Of a DNA stretch of 64,000 nt, positions 41,424 to 53,519 are shown in pieces; positions within the stretch are counted from its first letter, which is position 1, and each line of letters opens with the position of its first letter. The DNA lies in the sequence record NZ_CP023526.1; one strand, given 5' to 3'. The position numbers and the translations under genes are program-made. Under the pieces are notes generated by a model that had not been told where the DNA came from, searched no databases, and saw nothing but the letters and a program-made list of their open reading frames with translations. The stretch comes from a plasmid.

Positions 41424-41669
41424 ATGATAACGAACACAGAATTCAACATACTCAAAGTGATAGCCAGTGAAGAAGGTGACTGGAGCATTACGAATCTGGA
41501 GCGTCTTCTTACGTGGAGAAAAACACCCAGTTTCAGGTATGTAGTGAAAATGGTTAACAACCTGGCGGAGGAAGGTCTCGTTGACATTGTGAGGGGACAA
41601 AATCCATCGGCACTCTCCTGTCGTGTATCTAAAAGAGGTCTCAATGTTCTCAAGGGCGCAGAACGTTAG
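41424..41669 (+). CDS. small hypothetical winged-helix-like protein
   Basis: 81-aa ORF with an ordinary codon pattern. Confidence 0.35.
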   Translation: MITNTEFNILKVIASEEGDWSITNLERLLTWRKTPSFRYVVKMVNNLAEEGLVDIVRGQNPSALSCRVSKRGLNVLKGAER

Positions 41670-42126
41670 CGGTCGTAATCATCAAGGATCTTTATCCGGG
41701 CGTTTGCGATACCGATAGACATGTCACGTTGTCTGCCGGATGTAGACTAATAAGTTCTTCATTTCGATTCGCTGCCGTAACAAATTCTTTATATGGCCAG
41801 TTTCCCTGGAGACTGGTGAAGAATGTGCAACTGCCAGATTAACGGGATAGAGAATGCGCCGGCATGATTCACTTTCGCGTGGGGTTCTGTTCCGGCGTTC
41901 CTCCCGCTCTGCCAGCCTGACACCCGATATAAAAATTTCCGGCCGCGGATGAGGACCGCTCCCTGGGGAACAGAACATATGAATTCTCTGACAGCATTTC
42001 CTCAGAACTGTCGTCATGGGCGACAGAAGCAACGAATGAGTGCTTCCCATGCCGCTCACCCGAAAGCACTTATTTTGCTTCGCCTGCATGCTTTATCACT
42101 GCCGTAAATTTGTATTTTGTGCTGGG

Positions 42127-42336
42127 TTACACTGTCTTGTGGATTTTGGTGCGTCGAATTTGCTGGAGTTCATTTTTGCATCCTCTCAGCACCAGGCTGA
42201 CAGTGTGCTGGGAAGTGTCGAGCTGCTTTAACAGAAACATCCATTCCCGAATTTCCTGATGAAGTTCGGTTGTACGATGATCCTTTTGTTCTGATAACTG
42301 AGCCTCAGTGTATGATTCGGGTAATTCAAGATGCAT
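42127..42336 (-). CDS. small hypothetical protein (69 aa)
   Basis: Good RBS (AAGGAA, 5 nt spacing). Confidence 0.4.
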   Translation of the reverse strand: MHLELPESYTEAQLSEQKDHRTTELHQEIREWMFLLKQLDTSQHTVSLVLRGCKNELQQIRRTKIHKTV

Positions 42337-43923
42337 TATTTTTCCTTCTTAGATTTAGGCTACTAAATAGTCTGGATATTTAGATCTTCCTGTCCAGTTA
42401 TGCTGGACTCATTTCGTCCAATTCTAATTTTTTGTTTTAGTGCAAATAATTTATTTTCAGACGCTGTAAACAGCCTTTAGGGAGACTAATGATGGAAGGG
42501 GCTTCCTGTTCCAGGACTCGCCGTGCAGCCTCCCGAGTTCATGCCGGAGTTTAAACATCCATGCCTGCTGGGGTCATATAAAATGAGATCGGGTATCATC
42601 TACGGTGACCTGTGTGGGCAGGGTTACAGCGAGTCGGGCCCTACAATATTGTGTACCGGGGCGATAGAAAATCAATTTCCGCTCACAATACCTGTGAGGA
42701 AAAAGAAATATAGGGGTGAACGCATTGCGGACTCGGGCTGATACACATTATCCCGGAAATAATTTTAAGGTATTCTGCCTGCTTATTAACGGCGCTGGCA
42801 ACTGCAGCGGAACTCGTAATAGTTTTTTTGGCGAAAAGTTTATCGTTAAGAGGCTGAACGACCAGCAGCTCGCACTGGTCAGCAGAAGGGCAGCCTGCTG
42901 GGAAGGATGCTCCAGCTGGCTTATTCGGGGAATAAAATGAGTTGTGAACAACATCGCAGCCTAACGTGCCGATATCCCGTATAAGCAAGACATATTGATA
43001 TCGACATTCCAGCGCAACGCTGTGGTAGAAGAAGGAATGTGGAGATTTCCTATTACCGTGATGCCAGGGGTGGAAGAGTGGCCAGTTTATCCTGTGTCGG
43101 CGAGAGTATTTATCCCAAAAAGGCACCAGACGGATGAGCCGACGATGTCATTGTAATGTTCGATGGTCAACGATAAGGCCACGCGATGTCACTTGCTCTT
43201 CAAGGTTTCGCAAACCCAGATACCAGCAAACACACTGAGCGATAATATCGACGGGATATAGTCTCAGATGACTAAGATGAAAACTATCGCGAAAACAGCA
43301 GGAACCAGAAAGTGTCAGGGCCAGCGGTGCCGGGCATCTGCAAAGTGAAGGATATAAAAATGCCCTGTCCTGAGGACAGGGCCAAATACGTCAATAGCAA
43401 CCTACATACCAGACGAGTATCCACTCATTGAACGATACCAGTCTGCACCTACTGTGGAAGATAATTGTAGCGCAGGGTGGTATAACCTGATTAAAACCAG
43501 GACTTTTCCAGTCGTCAGCGTAGCGAGGAGAGGGCTGTGGAACGGGAAAGAGTTTAGCTTCAGCCCGGCGTGGGTAAACAGAACAGCTTGTGACCGGTCT
43601 CACCCCAACCTCTGGCTCGCAGCCTGTCTTTATCGTTAAGCTGTTTTCATCCGATGTTCTGCCTGCCCGGGCGATTCGGAGGTACGAGTTAACCCTATAT
43701 TTTGCTGCTGTTGTATTTTCTGACGGACAAATCCGGGGGGAGGGAGGGGGTATACAGTGGATACGTATAGCATCGATTAGTGAAGAGAAAAGGGCCTTTT
43801 TATGTGAATATCAGAAGGGCGGTTATACTGATGATGACTTAAATGATGCCGCATTTCATTTTTCCCCGGAGCTCCTACCGTACAGTTTCATCCAGGTTTT
43901 ACGCTGGCGGACTGTTGTCGTGT

Positions 43924-44181
43924 TCAGTCAGGATTATTGGGGGGCGTATGGCAGTTGTTAAACCATTTCCTTCTGAAAAAAACTATGCACGATGTTATCG
44001 TTATTAAACAGGCAATCATTGCAATGATATAACCAACTTTGAGGAGCAGTGTTGTGGCATTTCTGAAATTTTCGGCAAGGGTCGGGATAATATGCAGCAC
44101 ATAAATAAAAATCACTGCCCAAAAAATGGATCTAATGCTGTCACATTTTTTATACATTAAGGTTAGTTTGTTCTTAATCAT
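43924..44181 (-). CDS. small hypothetical membrane protein
   Basis: 85 aa, two hydrophobic segments, low GC. Confidence 0.35.
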   Translation of the reverse strand: MIKNKLTLMYKKCDSIRSIFWAVIFIYVLHIIPTLAENFRNATTLLLKVGYIIAMIACLITITSCIVFFRRKWFNNCHTPPNNPD

Positions 44182-44203
44182 AAATTTTATCCGCCTGATA
44201 TTT

Positions 44204-44419
44204 TCAATTGTGCCGCTCTTTCAACACAGATGAGGCCGAATCTGAATTGTCTGAGAGATTGACGTTTACTACATGATCCCAGCTGTCTGTTACGTTATCC
44301 CAGTCACAGATTATAACCTCAGAATCATCGTTACATTGTGGTTCTACGTTACTGTTATACCTACCAGTGCATCCGCTGAGCAGCAGCGCATGTACGAGTA
44401 AGATAAATATTTTTCTCAT
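44204..44419 (-). CDS. small lipoprotein (lipobox LLSGC)
   Basis: 71 aa. The signal 'MRKIFILLVHALLLSGC' ends in a lipobox cysteine. Confidence 0.5.
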   Translation of the reverse strand: MRKIFILLVHALLLSGCTGRYNSNVEPQCNDDSEVIICDWDNVTDSWDHVVNVNLSDNSDSASSVLKERHN

Positions 44420-45986
44420 ATACGATTAAAATCAAAAAGCATCTCATTTCAGAAGCTGCTGTTTCTTTGTAGATTGAAAACGGGAAAAAATTTCATGAAC
44501 GAAGTCAGCATTTTTTCCGCTATACCAGAGTTGAGACGTGCAATAAAAATGTCATGCATGTATCTCAATAAGTGATCAGCATGCTACTTTTCCTGATGAG
44601 AGTGCGAATATACCGGGATTCATAATATTGAATCTGAGCATCAATAAAACTTGGTGCTTATCATGCGTTGTTTTGCAGACGGTGACGAGTTAGTCAGGCT
44701 CACTTTACGCAGAGTATCATAATCCATCAAGTCACAGGTCAGATAACCAGGAACATTCTCGGACCGTATTGGACTGGCTCCGTGAGCATTTGCCGTAACC
44801 AGAAACTACATGGCCGGAGCCACAAGGCATTGCCCCGGTTCGACTGGAGATCCTGCTGGGTGGATGTGAATGAAAACCCACCAGCCTGTTTATCCAGGAT
44901 CCCCCTTGTCTCATTTTTTGACGTTACATACCAGGCGACATAAAACGAGCCGCCATATCTCTCTTCAAATCAGAAAGGTGTGGAACAAGTCAAACATAGG
45001 TACACACGATCTTGCCGGAAGTCGCATGGTCAGCGACATGGACACCAATGTAGATTTTGCGGGTAGTGAAGAATTATCTTAATTTTTATCTGATTTAAGA
45101 AATATTCATCCTTTTCATGTTTATATTGAAAATATCTTATTTTTTGAACCTGATAATCAGGCTAGACAAAGGCACGATATGCCGCATTTTTTGAGCCGGC
45201 AACGTTTGCGTAATGGCGGATGGGAGGACATCGATTTCGTGAAGAACCTTCCAGAAAGATGACCGGTATCACTTTTTGTTGTGAGCGGCCCTGATCCCGG
45301 CATTTATCATGCCGCGATGGAGAGATAAACGTGGGGTTTGGTAACAAAAGTCGTAACCAGTGCGTGACGTAAATGTTGAGTCCCTGAATTATAAAACAGG
45401 CAGGGTACCTGCAAGAGTATATCTCAAACGGAAAAGAGCGGGCGTTGAACAATAAGAGCAGGCGGCTGACAATAAAAGTAAATGAATAGTATAGCGATTT
45501 CACTTTGTGTTTGATGCTCTGGCCGATGTCCCTGGCTATTCCCTGCCTGATGGAGTCATATCCCGAAAATAGAGACAGTCGGGGGGTGAAGCACTATTTT
45601 TTCGACGGGGCTCTGTACCGGCCTATCGCTTTGAGCTTATGTCTCAGCGTTAATCATTACGGGCGACGGATTTGCAGTCCTGGACGAGAATACCGTGTGC
45701 TGACATTGCTGCTGTAAATTCGGGTATAGAGAAAAGACCAGAAATTCTCAGATTACTGATTGTAATGTTTTTTTTTAATTATGTCGCTGATGGTCGCACG
45801 CAAACGCGGTGTATGATAACCCGTGTGAGTGCAGATAACTGAACAATCAGGATGTATCTGATAGTGGACTTTCAGCGATGTAATAGAGTTTTGCTCTTAA
45901 AGGCATAAAAACAATAAGGTAATTACCCGAATGGTTAGATAATGCTTTATCATATAGAATAGTCCTAATTTATAACAGTGGGTAGT

Positions 45987-46733
45987 ATGAGATATCTAGT
46001 TGATGCAAAAGTAATTGTTAACAGCAATGGATTAACCACTCCGGGTCTGAATGAAACAGAAATGCCGCTTTCGCCTGTCCCGTTACGCCTACTGAACTAC
46101 CTTATCAGCCATAATGAGCAACTCGTTACAAGGGAAGAGTTGTACCAGCACATATGGGAATCACACGGTTTAATCCCCTCGGGACCGGGTCTGGCAAAGC
46201 AAATCAGCTATCTCAGAAAATGCCTTTCCGATTATGGATTATCCAGCGAAATTATATTGACGAAGCCCAAGCAGGGTATTGTCTTTTCTGCACCAGTGGA
46301 GGTCCTGGAGGACAGTGAGTACACACCTGCACCCGCCGCCCAAAAACGAACATTCGTATCGAAAACGCGAGTTCTTGTTGCTTCTGGTGTAGTTTTACTC
46401 ATCTTTTCACTTTTTTTTATAGGCCGGGAATACATTGATCGTAAGGACAATCAGCCTCTTGCTATCGGGAGTGTCGAGGGATGTAATATTTACACTTGGG
46501 ATGATAATAAATCGGCACAAATTATTTCATACTATTTAATGAAAGCCAGAGAGTTCATTAAAAAAAATGGAATAAAATGTAATCAGGGAGATAAAATAGT
46601 TGTGCAAATACAACAGCCAGAATTTGAATCGCAAATGAACGTTTATGAGTCTAAACAATTTTTTGCACATTGTAGCGTTATGAAACAGGATTATGTTTGC
46701 AATAACACCTATTACTCGGCAGGTAAAAAATGA
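45987..46733 (+). CDS. ToxR/CadC/PsaE-like membrane-anchored transcriptional activator (OmpR-type wHTH, single TM, periplasmic domain)
   Basis: The N-terminus 'LSPVPLRLLNYLISHNEQLVTREELYQHIWESHG...' is a trans_reg_C wHTH. The TM segment is 'VLVASGVVLLIFSLFFIG'. About 33 % GC. Confidence 0.65.
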   Translation: MRYLVDAKVIVNSNGLTTPGLNETEMPLSPVPLRLLNYLISHNEQLVTREELYQHIWESHGLIPSGPGLAKQISYLRKCLSDYGLSSEIILTKPKQGIVFSAPVEVLEDSEYTPAPAAQKRTFVSKTRVLVASGVVLLIFSLFFIGREYIDRKDNQPLAIGSVEGCNIYTWDDNKSAQIISYYLMKAREFIKKNGIKCNQGDKIVVQIQQPEFESQMNVYESKQFFAHCSVMKQDYVCNNTYYSAGKK

Positions 46734-47212
46734 AAATTAAAGTTATTTTTTATATCATATCTGCTCTTATCGTTTTATTTATATCTGTTTTTTATATTCA
46801 CCAGGATCAGAACTCGAGATTGCATTGTCGCGGGCAGGTCCATTTTGTTTTTGGCGATAATGAGACCCTTCCTGAGTTTAAGGGAGTCTATACATTTTTT
46901 TTCGATAAAAATAATGAATTTTTATCTGTAAATGGACTTTTTATTGATACGGATAAAACATTTGCAGTACAAAAGGTATTCAGGGTGAATGCCGAGATGA
47001 CAGAAGGATTTTCTGACGATTTTTATGAGTTAAAAACAAAATCAATCACGTCTCTTACAGGGGATAATTTGCCTGATAATTTAGCTTTACGTTATATTCT
47101 GGGGCCTGTCTCCGTGATCTCAATAAGAAAGAATACCCGCAATTCTTATGTGATAAAAAATCTATATTCTCCTGTGTTCATTTGTCACAGTATTAACGCT
47201 GAGGATCATTAA
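46730..47212 (+). CDS. ToxS/PsaF-like periplasmic partner (N-terminal TM anchor)
   Basis: 160 aa. ATGA start/stop overlap with the upstream regulator. TM segment 'VIFYIISALIVLFISVFYI'. Confidence 0.5.
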   Translation: MKIKVIFYIISALIVLFISVFYIHQDQNSRLHCRGQVHFVFGDNETLPEFKGVYTFFFDKNNEFLSVNGLFIDTDKTFAVQKVFRVNAEMTEGFSDDFYELKTKSITSLTGDNLPDNLALRYILGPVSVISIRKNTRNSYVIKNLYSPVFICHSINAEDH

Positions 47213-47840
47213 TTGTATCCTGTGTCCACAGGATGGATGGTTTTCTGTGGTGCCGGCATTATGGCATGAACCGTCATTTTTGATTGCGAATGTTTTTCAT
47301 TTTATAAAGTGTTCCCTCCGGTTGCCCCACCGGGTTATCGTCTTGATTTTCTTTCACTGGGATGCGATGTGATAAACAGCATTTCAGGATTAATGGGGTA
47401 TACGGCGGGCACTTCACAGCAATACGGGTATCTGGGCAATGGCTATTAAGCTTACGGCCCGACCCCCGGACACTGTTGCGCCTCAGACAGTCGAAGTCTG
47501 TTTGGGGCACGAATGCGTTTGTGTACTGTGCTGGTGATCTGGTTAACCAGGTTGCTCCGTAAGGGCATTTCAGCCTGGGTCAGGGGATGGGCTAGCAGAG
47601 AGCGCACTTACTGTCGCGGCGGAGGAGGCTGTTCTGCCAGTGGTTCTGGCTCTGGTGGTCAATATGGCGGGGGTGTGGTTGTTAGGGTGAGTGTTGAGCT
47701 TGTCAGGCAGGCAATTCCTTTTTGATGATCGTCGCGTTCGAAAAAACGATAGCTGATCATACGATTACCACACGTGAACGATGCTTCACGTTGTCCCGTA
47801 AACAGAATGCGGCCGGGGGACCCACACGAGCACGGAGTGG

Positions 47841-48362
47841 ATGATTGCCGATATGTACCACATGACAAAAAGTGCCGACTACCCTATCAGAGACCTTGTC
47901 AGTTTCCAGTACAAAGCCGTCTCAGGCATTGAATATTTCTGTGATGCCATGTCCCGCTGGATAAAGATAGACAGGATTGTGAACGATAAACTCCTTCGTC
48001 AGCGTGATTCAGGCGCCATAAATGGGAGTGCGGCGCTGTTTGTCTGTTTTTTAGTAACCTGCCGGAAAAATGATACGCCGTGTTATGAAGGTCATGACTG
48101 GCGGCGGCAATGTGGGGTTTCGTATCGAGTTAGCTGCACGGGTACCCTCTGGCATTCCTTCGCTCGCTGTGGAAGATTTAGGCCCTGTACCGGATCCGTC
48201 ATAAGAAAGGGCAGGAAATGTGTATTTTCGTTTGTGGGCCCCGGAGGGTACCGGCCAGCCCATACGGGGCAACGGTATTTCCCACCTTATTATGCATATC
48301 TCATTGTAAAAATGTATATTTTTGGCGCTCACACCCTCTTTGCCTTAAGCTTTCTCTTTTAA
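47841..48362 (+). CDS. hypothetical protein
   Basis: 173-aa ORF, no motif. It may be a gene remnant. Confidence 0.3.
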   Translation: MIADMYHMTKSADYPIRDLVSFQYKAVSGIEYFCDAMSRWIKIDRIVNDKLLRQRDSGAINGSAALFVCFLVTCRKNDTPCYEGHDWRRQCGVSYRVSCTGTLWHSFARCGRFRPCTGSVIRKGRKCVFSFVGPGGYRPAHTGQRYFPPYYAYLIVKMYIFGAHTLFALSFLF

Positions 48363-48724
48363 TAAGTGACTCCGGTAGTGCTTGTCCCTTGTAGAGATTT
48401 TTGAAAGTGCGTATATCACAGGCTTTCACCGGGATTGTGCCTAGGTTGGCAGGAAGAAAACCACCAACGTGTTGATGCGACGGTAAGACCCATAATGGGG
48501 TGACCAAATTTGTCAGGAATACCAGGGTTAATTATCTGATACCGACCGGGCGTCTGCACAGAACATAAAACACCCCGCTTTTTACGTCATTCAGCCTCGA
48601 AGATGAGACTCGCTTTACCAGACAAAACCAGACTGAGAACATGAAGCGCGCCAGTGTGGTCTTGCTGGTAAGTGAGTGCATTGGTAGTGTCTGACACAGA
48701 CGAGGTCACGTACAAAAATGGACT

Positions 48725-49420
48725 CTATGAAATTAACGTCATTTTATTTGACTTAATGCGCTGTATGAGCAATGTGGCATCACAATCAATGGATTTTTCT
48801 ATTATTTTTGCGCATTTTTCCCCATCTCTACGGTACAACGCATTGAGCAGGTTTTCGTAGTGATGGTGTATCTGTGTCTCGCCATTATCTGCGCAAATAT
48901 AGTTAAAGCTGGGGCCCGTGCGCACCCAAAGTTGTTCAATCATGGTGAGGAGTGTTGGCATTCTTGCGTAATCATACAACTGGAAACGAAACGCAAAGTT
49001 AGCCTGCAGGGATTGTTCGGTATTACCTGCTGTACAGGCGTCCCGTAATGCGATGTAAGACTGATGAAGCGTGGCCAGTTCGCTGGGTGTGATGGAGTAG
49101 GCTGCTTCTCTCACCGCCATCATTTCAAGATTTTTACGTACAGCGGTGATTTCCTTGTATTTTGTTAGCGTCATCTCGGGTACCAAAAAGGCCTGTGCGG
49201 GCAGGGCGACCAGTGCACCCGATGATACCAGCTGGAGCAGGGCTTCCCGCACTGGCGTAATACTGATACCCAAGTGCTCTGCAATGTTTCTGGTGACCAG
49301 ACGCTCACCGGGTTTCAGTATGCCGACCATGAGAAAATTCTTTATCCGCTGCTCAACTTGCGCAGCAAGATTTAGTCTGGGTATTTTACCCATATTAAGT
49401 TTTTCTATCTGAAACTGCAT
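48725..49420 (-). CDS. GntR-family transcriptional regulator (FadR/FCD subfamily)
   Basis: 'RLVTRNIAEHLGISITPVREALLQLVSSGAL' is a GntR wHTH. The C-terminal helical domain is FCD-like. Confidence 0.75.
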   Translation of the reverse strand: MQFQIEKLNMGKIPRLNLAAQVEQRIKNFLMVGILKPGERLVTRNIAEHLGISITPVREALLQLVSSGALVALPAQAFLVPEMTLTKYKEITAVRKNLEMMAVREAAYSITPSELATLHQSYIALRDACTAGNTEQSLQANFAFRFQLYDYARMPTLLTMIEQLWVRTGPSFNYICADNGETQIHHHYENLLNALYRRDGEKCAKIIEKSIDCDATLLIQRIKSNKMTLIS

Positions 49421-50562
49421 CTAACTACCTTACTGATGTCGTTGCATAACTTATGTATGCGGTGATGAGGTGGAATGAATATATGCTGTATATAACCGTT
49501 CTCAGGCGTGCTGAGATAATACTTGATAAATATATCATTCTCTCTTCTGTATTTCAGACACCACGTATCTTCCTTTTAAAAATGAGCCAAGTATATATTG
49601 TCCCAGCAACCTGAGATTGATTGAAGTACATAGAGAAACATCATATTAGCTGTGCAGACCATAAAAAATGGTGTTTATCCCATACCCTATGTTTTTTTTG
49701 AAATAGCCCGATTCCCCCCTCCTCGTACCCGGTTGCAGAATACAGGCAGTTGTGTGGAAACGATGCATATTTACTGGATGTCGATACCCATCATGCCCGA
49801 TGAACGAAGGGCCTCTTCCGCAAGGGAGGCCGCGTGGAAGTTGTCGGATCTGAAACAATGAAATATAGCGCTAAATCACAGAGGCACTGATCGCCTGATC
49901 TGGCCGCTTTCAAATCCATCAATATCAGCAGTAATGAACCACTGTAAAATATACCCCCTCTGCATATCTCTCCACGATTTCAAATAAAAAATAGGATTAT
50001 TCCTGCATTCTAACGCGGCGCATTTTTTCCATTTTAGATCCGGGGCTGAAAAACGCGGGCATGAAATGAATGATAAGGGATATATTAAAATATGCGTCAG
50101 TAAAAATTTTTACATGAAGATTTATGTCATCCCAAAGCACGCAGTATGGTGCACAGATGTGGAAGTGCGGTGCCCGTTAATGAATGCAGGAATAATGACT
50201 GCGAACGCTCTATCATTGATTTGTCAATATCACGGGGGAAGGGGTTTGGCTTCAACATTGGCCGACTTGCTGTTTCCTGGGCTTGAAGCCGGTATAGGAT
50301 CTATATTTTTCAGGCAAGATCGTGCTGGAGTTACTTATTCCGCCTTCGGTTTCAGAGGTAACGTGTAGACGGTTTCTATAGACACTGTCGGCCCTTTAGT
50401 TTTTAGCGTTCTGAGGTGATGGCCTCGCTGCTAACAAGATGGTTAAACCAGTTGCACATCACCTGGTCATCGACATATGTTCCTGTTTCATCCACTTTGC
50501 CCCGTATTGTCGTTAAATTTGTTATGGATTCCCCTTTGTCGTAACCAGAGCGATGTGGCGTG

Positions 50563-51125
50563 TGATCTTACGCAGCAATAGTGGACATGCGACTTAGCGA
50601 GTAAACTTTCAACAGAGGTAGCTCACATGACAAAGTCCGTATCAACCATAAAAAAGCCCCGAAAGCGGCACGCGCTTGAGTTCCGCGACGAAGCGCTGAA
50701 ACTTGCGGAGCACATTGGCATCGCTGCTGCTGCCCATGCTCAGTCTTTATGAATCCTGGCTATGCCTGACGTAGTAAGCAGCAGAATCAGGCAGCGTCTT
50801 CTGAGTGCGAGAGCGAACAGGCGGCTGAGTTTGCTAACCTCAAACATCAGCTGGCTGAGAAAGACGAGAAGCTGACCATTCTCCAAAAAGTCACGACAGA
50901 CTACACGAAGCGCCTGAAGTGAAGTCTGTCTTAACTGAACAACACCTGGCTGAATTCAGCATTAAAGCCATGTGCCGGGTACTGCGTGTGGCGCGCAGTG
51001 ACAGGTATGTCTGGCGAAACCGGCACAGAGTCATCGTTCCTGCCAGTGCTTCCGGCAGGGGCGACAACATCGACAGTAACGCCTTCGTTATGGCGAAGCA
51101 GCGCTACGGCGCACCTCGGGTGTGA
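50563..51125 (+). mobile_element. 5' fragment of an IS3-like element (IRL + orfA with an internal stop + first ~70 codons of orfB), 3'-truncated
   Basis: 'TGATCTTACGCAGCAATAGTGGACATGCGACTTAGCGAGTAAACTTTCAACAGAGGTAGCTCACATGACAAAG' nearly equals the IS3 left inverted repeat and orfA start. 'MTKSVSTIKKPRKRHALEFRDEALKLAE' and 'MKSVLTEQHLAEFSIKAMCRVLRVARS...KQRYGAPR' match IS3 OrfA/OrfB. Similarity ends at ~51125. Confidence 0.75.
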
Positions 51126-51553
51126 TGTGAAGGGGCGCTGCCAGCAGGGGACCTCAGTCTGGTCCATCATATTAACCGCAACGGATGCCTGACTGATTAA
51201 TCAGTGCGTGACCTTGGTAATGAAACATCTCACACAAGCTCAAAGCAGGACCGAGCAGGACGTTTTCCTGCCATGAAAATGAAGGTGGTTTCATTTTTAA
51301 ATATATTCAGAGTGTGAATAATTGCTATCACAAGGAAAATTTTTTATTGTCAAAGACCCATGTCGCACACAGATTCTTATCTGTCCAATGTCATTCAATT
51401 GCGGATTTTTATTCAACGCATAATATATTTAATAGAATGGTCCTAGTTTTAGTTACGTATTCTTGTGATAGATAATAGCACGAGGTAATCTGCTTTTCGA
51501 CATGGGTTTCTCGTTTTATATGTAGAATCTTGCTGAGGTTGACTAAATTATTT

Positions 51554-51582
51554 GCACCATCGGATTCGATGGTGCTTTTTTA
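51554..51582. terminator. rho-independent terminator GCACCATCGgattCGATGGTGC + T7
   Basis: Perfect 9-bp stem followed by TTTTTTAT, inside an AT-rich gene-poor region. Confidence 0.6.
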
Positions 51583-53072
51583 TTTCATGCTGTCTCACTA
51601 CTGATTGTGTCAAAAGGTATGATTTTTTTGTCAGCACAATGGCTTAAATAAATATCTTCATCCATGAAATGTCGGACGGCAGATTTTTATTATACTGTGG
51701 CTTCTGTTCTGGTGTTTTTCCTGTCTGCTGATCACGAAGACAGCCCTATCGTGAGGACATGTATGGTGAGGCTGTATCCCAACACTGTCTTTCTGGCGGT
51801 GTCAAACTATCACATTAATTTTATTTTGGTGTGTAGAGTGGAAAACGTTTTTGTACTTCCTTATAAAGTATTGTTTATTCAAGGAAACTCATGATAGAGT
51901 GCAAAATACACTTAAATAACAGCACTTTTAAAACTCTATATAATCAAATGGTAATTTCCCTGCGACTTTTTAAATATCCCGACATGACTGTTGCAACGCG
52001 TAAGCTCACCAGTTCTTCATGATTCAAACTAAGATAAGCAAATATCCAGTGGCTTAGTATTCACATTAAATTACTTTCAAAGTGAGATTTTTATGGAAGC
52101 AAATGGGATTGATTCGAAGAAACCCCCAACCTTCCGGTTATCCTTGTAGCAATATCATCAGTGTTTTACTTGGTTGCAAATCTGGTAGCACCGTATGCAT
52201 TCCTGTTGGTTTTTCTGGCGATGACGTGCATCCTCGCTCAGGATCGGAAGAATCCTCATGAGGCAGGCTATGCCTCTCTATCATGCTAGTTTATCGTTTT
52301 GTACCCTCTTTATTTGTGGCAGAGAGCAAGCTGTTTTAATGGGGGATAAAATACTTCTGGATCTGGTCGGTACTATTTACCTTACCGATTTTTGCTATCA
52401 CTTTATGTAGATACGCGGAACAAAAAGATGCGCTAGAAATCACATCCTGTTCTCTGGTCACTAAAATTTTCGGTTAACAGGAGCCTGCCATTAATGCAAC
52501 ATGCATTAAGGCCGCTACAGATTCTGATATACCGATGTTTTCCACAAGACTACTGCAACTCTTGATAATAGTGTTGATATAAAAATCACGATTGAAGAGA
52601 AAGGGGCCATGATATACGTCAGAGTCCCCCGAACTCACCATTAGCAGCCAGAGCAGGCTGAAGCATTCCTTCTTTACGCAGGGATGTTTATCGAAGAGCA
52701 CAATTACCATAAACCTGCGCCCATCAGGTCTGACCTCACGAATAGCATCATTGAAGCTCAGCCCAGTTCGTCGAAATACTCACTGCCGTTACCGAGAAGA
52801 GGTAGCACATTCAGATCCTTGAAGAGTGAGGATGCCCCGCAAACTGAGAAGACCAACCTCAGTCTTGTCAGACTGAACACTATCGGGCAGTTTTCGCGTG
52901 TGCTCCGGGTTGCGTAACCGAACCACTGAAGACGTCTCTTATTGCCTGACGGTTGTTAACCGAAATGATCACCTTACCCTGCATGGCAGAACTCAGCGTC
53001 TGTTCAGTCATTTGCTGATACTGCTCAATGCCGAAGGGAATACCATACCCCGCCGTATTCTGGTAAGGCGGA

Positions 53073-53519
53073 TCAAGTTAGTTGTGTGGCGTGCCGGATT
53101 CTCCGTCCGGCATGGTCGTGTTTGTGGGTGCCGATTTTGACGCTGTAAATGGTGCCGCTGGCGTAGTTGATATTGCCGATAATTGTGGCTGTTGAACCTT
53201 GATCATTGTCCCCGCCCACAGACATGCCGCTCTGGCCAGTCAGCGGCCTCTGCACGGTGACCTTCTGAGTCGCGGTCACCTTCGGGGTTTTCACCATCAT
53301 GCTGTCTGACGCCTTAATCACGGCTTTTTTGCATTTCAGGTGCCAGTCATTGCAGGTAGTCTCGAGGATTGTGCCTTTCTTCAGGATAATGGAGGCCCGT
53401 TCATCGGTGTAGATGGCCGTCGCCCCTTCAGGTGGCAGGGTGGTGATGCCGTAGTGCTGAAACCGCTCCACATCCAGAAAGGTTTCCGGGGCCATACCCT
53501 CAAGCGGGGTGGTCTGCAC
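53073..53519 (-). pseudogene. phage baseplate assembly protein V (P2 gpV-like) remnant
   Basis: '...GSTATIIGNINYASGTIYSVKIGTHKHDHAG' resembles the C-terminal spike region of gpV ('LHTHKH...'). It is isolated, with no neighbouring tail genes. Confidence 0.45.

Noticed and set aside
47513-47725. 70-aa ORF with a Gly-run (GGGGCSASGSGSGGQYGGG)
   Set aside because: A poly-G/GGT-rich DNA tract produces glycine codons in this frame. There is no RBS, and the region is flanked by junk ORFs.
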